Origin: Deltaproteobacteria bacterium
GTDB taxonomy: Bacteria; Desulfobacterota; GWC2-55-46; DRQE01
DNA: 64,000 nt
NCBI GenBank assembly: GCA_015492245.1
Contig: WGFM01000032.1
Location: forward strand, 6,231-70,230
Reading direction: 5' to 3'
The translations under genes and the position numbers were made by a program. The notes under the pieces are model-generated. The model had not been told where the DNA came from, ran no database searches, and was given only the letters and a program-made list of their open reading frames with translations. Positions 60,906 through 64,000 of the stretch are shown one piece after another; position 1 is the first letter of the stretch, and every line of letters starts with the position of its first letter.

Positions 60906-61376
60906 CTAATTCTTTGGCAGTATCTTCACCACCGTGGTCTCAAGCCTTACCCTCGAGTTTCCCGGGGCAGTGCCTTCAAGCTTTATCTCGTAGTAGTTTG
61001 CCTTGAACTTTGTAATATCCACCCCCGAGCCCTTTGGTGGTGGACCACTTGTGAGGTAGCGTACCGTTCCAGTTGCATCTGTGGAGCCAACCTTGAGGCT
61101 CACGCCCGAAAGGGGGATATTCACGGTGCCCGTGCCTATGGTGGTGTATATGTTGGAGTCCACCATGCCATACTCCACACCCCTCTCTGCTGCGTAGAAT
61201 GCCTCTTCTTTGAGCTTGAGGTTTCGGGCGATCTGTATCTCAGGGGTGGTGGTGGACATCATCATGCTTCCAAGGACTCCCATGAGAAGCAGTATGATCA
61301 TGACCAGCACAAGGGCTGTTCCCTTCTCATTCAGGATAAGTCTTCTTGCATGGACTTCTTTACCCATATGTGGCAC
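60906..61376 (-). CDS. pilX: Type IV pilus minor pilin PilX
   Basis: 156 aa. ALVLVMIILLLMGVLGSMMM hydrophobic N-helix, PilX_N-like. Confidence 0.65.
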   Translation of the reverse strand: MPHMGKEVHARRLILNEKGTALVLVMIILLLMGVLGSMMMSTTTPEIQIARNLKLKEEAFYAAERGVEYGMVDSNIYTTIGTGTVNIPLSGVSLKVGSTDATGTVRYLTSGPPPKGSGVDITKFKANYYEIKLEGTAPGNSRVRLETTVVKILPKN

Positions 61377-61382
61377 TCCCTG

Positions 61383-62333
61383 TTATCTGTTTCTGAGCTT
61401 TACAACCGTTGTAAGCTCCCTTGTTCTCTGCCCGCCCATAACAGCCTGGGTCTTGGGTGATGCCGTGGCACCAGTAAGTGTAACCCTCATGGCCCTTATC
61501 TGTGAGTAGTTGGTGGTGCTGTCGAGCTCTGTGGTTGAGCCATCGAGTATGTATCGAAACTGCAGGTCTGTAATGTTTGTCGCCACAATGGAGCTCTCAT
61601 CTGCACTCCCATTTACTATCCTGAACAGACATGTCTGCCCCGTGGGACACCCCGAGACCCCGGAGCCACAGCCTGTTGCAGGCCCAAGACAGTAGAGCAC
61701 GGTGCCCGGATACTGCTCGGATGTGGTATCTCCTGTTCTAACTATAACAAAGCCCTTCTTGAAAGATATGTTGCTCCCGCTTCCAGAGGGCACAACTGTC
61801 AGGCCAGGAGTTACTGTATCTACTGTTGACACAGTATAGGTGGTGGACAGAGGTTCTGTCTTGTTGGTGGGGTCTATGATTCTTACCACATCGTTCACCG
61901 CGAAGCTGCCTGCATCCAGTGAGGAACTCACTGTAAATGTCATTGGCGAGCCCGATACAACATTGGTGGTAACATCGCCATCTATAACCCCATATACACT
62001 GACCGCAGAGGCAACGTTGAGGGTAACTGTATCCGAGCCCCCGGTGCCTCCACCATTAGATATGGCCGATACAGGATATGTTCCCCCTGGCACGAGGAAG
62101 CCCGCCTCCCTTATATCCCTGAGTATTGCGTCAACGGCTATCCTCAGGTTCTGCTGGACCTCCACGGTCTCCTCTTCCACATCGGTCATCCTGGCCTGTC
62201 TGTCATAGAGCAGCAGCACCGCAGATATGACTGTAATGAGTATTCCCATGACTATGAGGATTTCAACAAGGGTGAAACCCCTGTTGCAACATGCAGGGTG
62301 CAGACATGACCGTCTTCTTACCGGATGGCTCAT
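61383..62333 (-). CDS. pilW: Type IV pilus minor pilin PilW
   Basis: 316 aa. G|FTLVEILIVMGILITVISAV prepilin N-terminus, large size typical of PilW. Confidence 0.7.
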   Translation of the reverse strand: MSHPVRRRSCLHPACCNRGFTLVEILIVMGILITVISAVLLLYDRQARMTDVEEETVEVQQNLRIAVDAILRDIREAGFLVPGGTYPVSAISNGGGTGGSDTVTLNVASAVSVYGVIDGDVTTNVVSGSPMTFTVSSSLDAGSFAVNDVVRIIDPTNKTEPLSTTYTVSTVDTVTPGLTVVPSGSGSNISFKKGFVIVRTGDTTSEQYPGTVLYCLGPATGCGSGVSGCPTGQTCLFRIVNGSADESSIVATNITDLQFRYILDGSTTELDSTTNYSQIRAMRVTLTGATASPKTQAVMGGQRTRELTTVVKLRNR

Positions 62334-62336
62334 CGT

Positions 62337-62810
62337 CTATATGGTCCTTCTGAAGCTTGTAAGTGTTATGGATCTACCTACATTACTTGTAACGGTTACA
62401 TCTATCCGTGCCACCCCTACAACGGGATTGTTGGCATCTATATCGATTATGGCAGAATAGCTAATCCCCTGAACAGTCCTTGTGGTCGCAGTGGTATCAG
62501 GGTCAAGGTCATAGGTAACATCTGTCTGGTCTGAATCGAACAGGGTATCTTCAGGGCTTCTCGACATGATCTCATCCAGAACAGAATAGGCTACGGTGGT
62601 CTCAACGGTTATGCTCTGTGCCATGCGGTTGGAACTCATGCCGGTGGTGAGTATGGTTGCCGTTGCAAGAAGCCCCACGGCAAGTATGAAAAGTGCTATC
62701 AAGAGCTCTACAAGGGAGAAACCCCTCTCTCCTCCTACATCCGCCACCTGAAAAACCTCCTTTACAAGGGATATGGCTATCGAACAATATTGCAATATGC
62801 ATGCCATCAC
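62337..62810 (-). CDS. pilV: Type IV pilus minor pilin PilV
   Basis: G|FSLVELLIALFILAVGLLA prepilin N-terminus. The leader in the track ORF is probably over-extended. Confidence 0.7.
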   Translation of the reverse strand: MMACILQYCSIAISLVKEVFQVADVGGERGFSLVELLIALFILAVGLLATATILTTGMSSNRMAQSITVETTVAYSVLDEIMSRSPEDTLFDSDQTDVTYDLDPDTTATTRTVQGISYSAIIDIDANNPVVGVARIDVTVTSNVGRSITLTSFRRTI

Positions 62811-62872
62811 AGAAGTGTCTGATTTTTAAGTATTATTTCTGACTGGAGAGACTGAAAAGGTATGAAATCTTT

Positions 62873-64000
62873 TCACAATCCGTAATTTTTTATCTTGTAA
62901 AGGAGTGCCCTGTGGCTTATCTCAAGCAGTCTTGCCGCCTTTGTTCTGTTGCCCCCTGTTATCTCGAGGGCCTTCTTTATGAGCCTTTTCTCAAGTTCCT
63001 CCTCTGCCCTCTTTATGGAGAGTGGAGGGTAGCTCCTTTCGGTGTCTCTGTGGTCCTCGTCCCTGTCTTCTCTGAGTATGGGCAGGCTTTCTGGTGTGAT
63101 GGTATCTTTGTCCTCGAGTATTACGGCCCTTTCCATGACATTCTCCAGCTCCCTCACATTGCCGGGCCAGTGGTAGGCCAAAAGTAGCTCCATGGCCTCG
63201 GGGCTCATGGCCCGAATCTTCTTTGCGTATCTGTTGCTGTAGCGCTCGAGGAAGAAGCCTGCCAGAAGCTCTATGTCTGCCTTTCTCTCTCTCAAGGGGG
63301 GCACCCTTATGGGTATCACATTTAACCTGTAGTAGAGGTCTTCACGGAACCTGCCCTCTTTTATCTCCTCTTCCAGGTCCCTCGATGTTGCGGCTATGAC
63401 CCTTACATCCACCCTGGTGGTCTTTGTATCGCCAACCCTTCTCACCTCTCCTTCCTGGAGCACCCTCAAGAGTTTTACCTGCAACTCCCTTGGCAGTTCT
63501 CCCACCTCATCGAGGAATATGGTTCCCCCGTCTGCCTCCTGGAAGAGTCCTGCCCTTGTTCTCACCGCATCTGTGAAGGCACCTTTCATGTGGCCGAAGA
63601 GCTCACTTTCCATAAGTCCCTCTGGTATTGCCCCACAGTTTACAGGCACAAAGGGGGCATCCCTTCTTCGGCTCTTGGTGTGTATGGTTCTTGCCACAAG
63701 TTCTTTTCCCGTGCCTGTCTCGCCTGTTATGAGCACCGTTGTGTCGTAGTCTGCAATCCTGTCTATGAGGGCGACTATATCGAGCATCTTTCTATCCCGT
63801 GCATAGAGGGGAGGATATTTCTCCATGTCCTGGCGTTTGAGCCGCTCGTTTTCCCTGCGAAGCCTTTCACGCTCCTGAGCCTTGCGCAGTGTAAGTATTA
63901 TCTCGTCGGTCTTGAAGGGTTTCGATATGTAATCATAGGCACCGAGTTTCATACACTCTACGGCAGTATCTATGGTGCCGTAGGCACTCATCATTATGAC
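62873..64000 (-). CDS. pilR: Sigma-54-dependent response regulator (NtrC/PilR family); N-terminal receiver runs off right edge
   Basis: AAA+ sigma-54 activator motifs GETGTGKELVARTIH, GAFTDA, ESELFGH; C-terminal Fis-type HTH; end of receiver (DYISKPF) at the window edge. Confidence 0.85.
   Translation of the reverse strand, partial: VIMMSAYGTIDTAVECMKLGAYDYISKPFKTDEIILTLRKAQERERLRRENERLKRQDMEKYPPLYARDRKMLDIVALIDRIADYDTTVLITGETGTGKELVARTIHTKSRRRDAPFVPVNCGAIPEGLMESELFGHMKGAFTDAVRTRAGLFQEADGGTIFLDEVGELPRELQVKLLRVLQEGEVRRVGDTKTTRVDVRVIAATSRDLEEEIKEGRFREDLYYRLNVIPIRVPPLRERKADIELLAGFFLERYSNRYAKKIRAMSPEAMELLLAYHWPGNVRELENVMERAVILEDKDTITPESLPILREDRDEDHRDTERSYPPLSIKRAEEELEKRLIKKALEITGGNRTKAARLLEISHRALLYKIKNYGL

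Noticed and set aside
1-64000. Searched for CRISPR arrays, tRNA/rRNA genes, IS elements, integrases, toxin-antitoxin pairs and defence islands.
   Set aside because: No direct-repeat arrays, no tRNA-like cloverleaf candidates in the few intergenic gaps, and no transposase or integrase-like ORFs. All gaps longer than 100 nt are accounted for by promoters, terminators or the riboswitch.

Overview
This is a gene-dense bacterial chromosomal window, almost entirely minus-strand coding. Codon and amino-acid usage is thermophile-like (high AGG/AGA and ATA codons; proteins rich in K, E, R and I). The six-frame track omits edge-truncated ORFs (miaB at the left edge) and several real ORFs shorter than 60 aa.

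Modules, left to right:
1. miaB (partial) and a SPOR-domain protein.
2. A reductive-TCA-type module: ATP-citrate lyase large subunit (unusually long, 907 aa), its ATP-grasp small subunit, and a monomeric isocitrate dehydrogenase.
3. A GH63 hydrolase, then a cluster of three tiny His/Cys/Met-rich membrane proteins, one with a near-consensus promoter and a palindromic operator.
4. pgsA, nadB, a sensorless hybrid histidine kinase, an OMP, fxsA and a type IV pilin.
5. A long minus-strand sulfur-assimilation super-cluster (17.3-28.1 kb). It starts with a SAM-I riboswitch and contains a ThrC-like PLP enzyme, a small siroheme sulfite-reductase-like protein, TusA, a MoaD/CysO-like carrier ending GG-MC, a NIL-domain protein, CysM, a JAMM protease, a MoeZ/ThiF E1, an uncharacterised radical-SAM-like protein, a DASS transporter, a USP, an APS-reductase-type CysH and ATP sulfurylase. 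I read this as a protein-thiocarboxylate-dependent cysteine and homocysteine pathway fused to sulfate activation. It is the most interesting system in the window and, as a single SAM-controlled unit, may be undescribed.
6. A LysR regulator, glyA, rpiB and the canonical fab/pls cluster (fabF-acpP-fabG-fabD-fabH-plsX-rpmF-yceD).
7. Housekeeping genes: capA-like, BON, YkgJ-like, cca, TPR, lipoate ligase-like, accC-accB, pepP, Roadblock and aroC-aroKB.
8. Type IV pilus machinery: pilMNOPQ, a minor-pilin/PilY1 operon with two unusual accessory exported proteins, and a partial pilR-like sigma-54 activator at the right edge.

No CRISPR array, tRNA, rRNA or obvious mobile element was seen.
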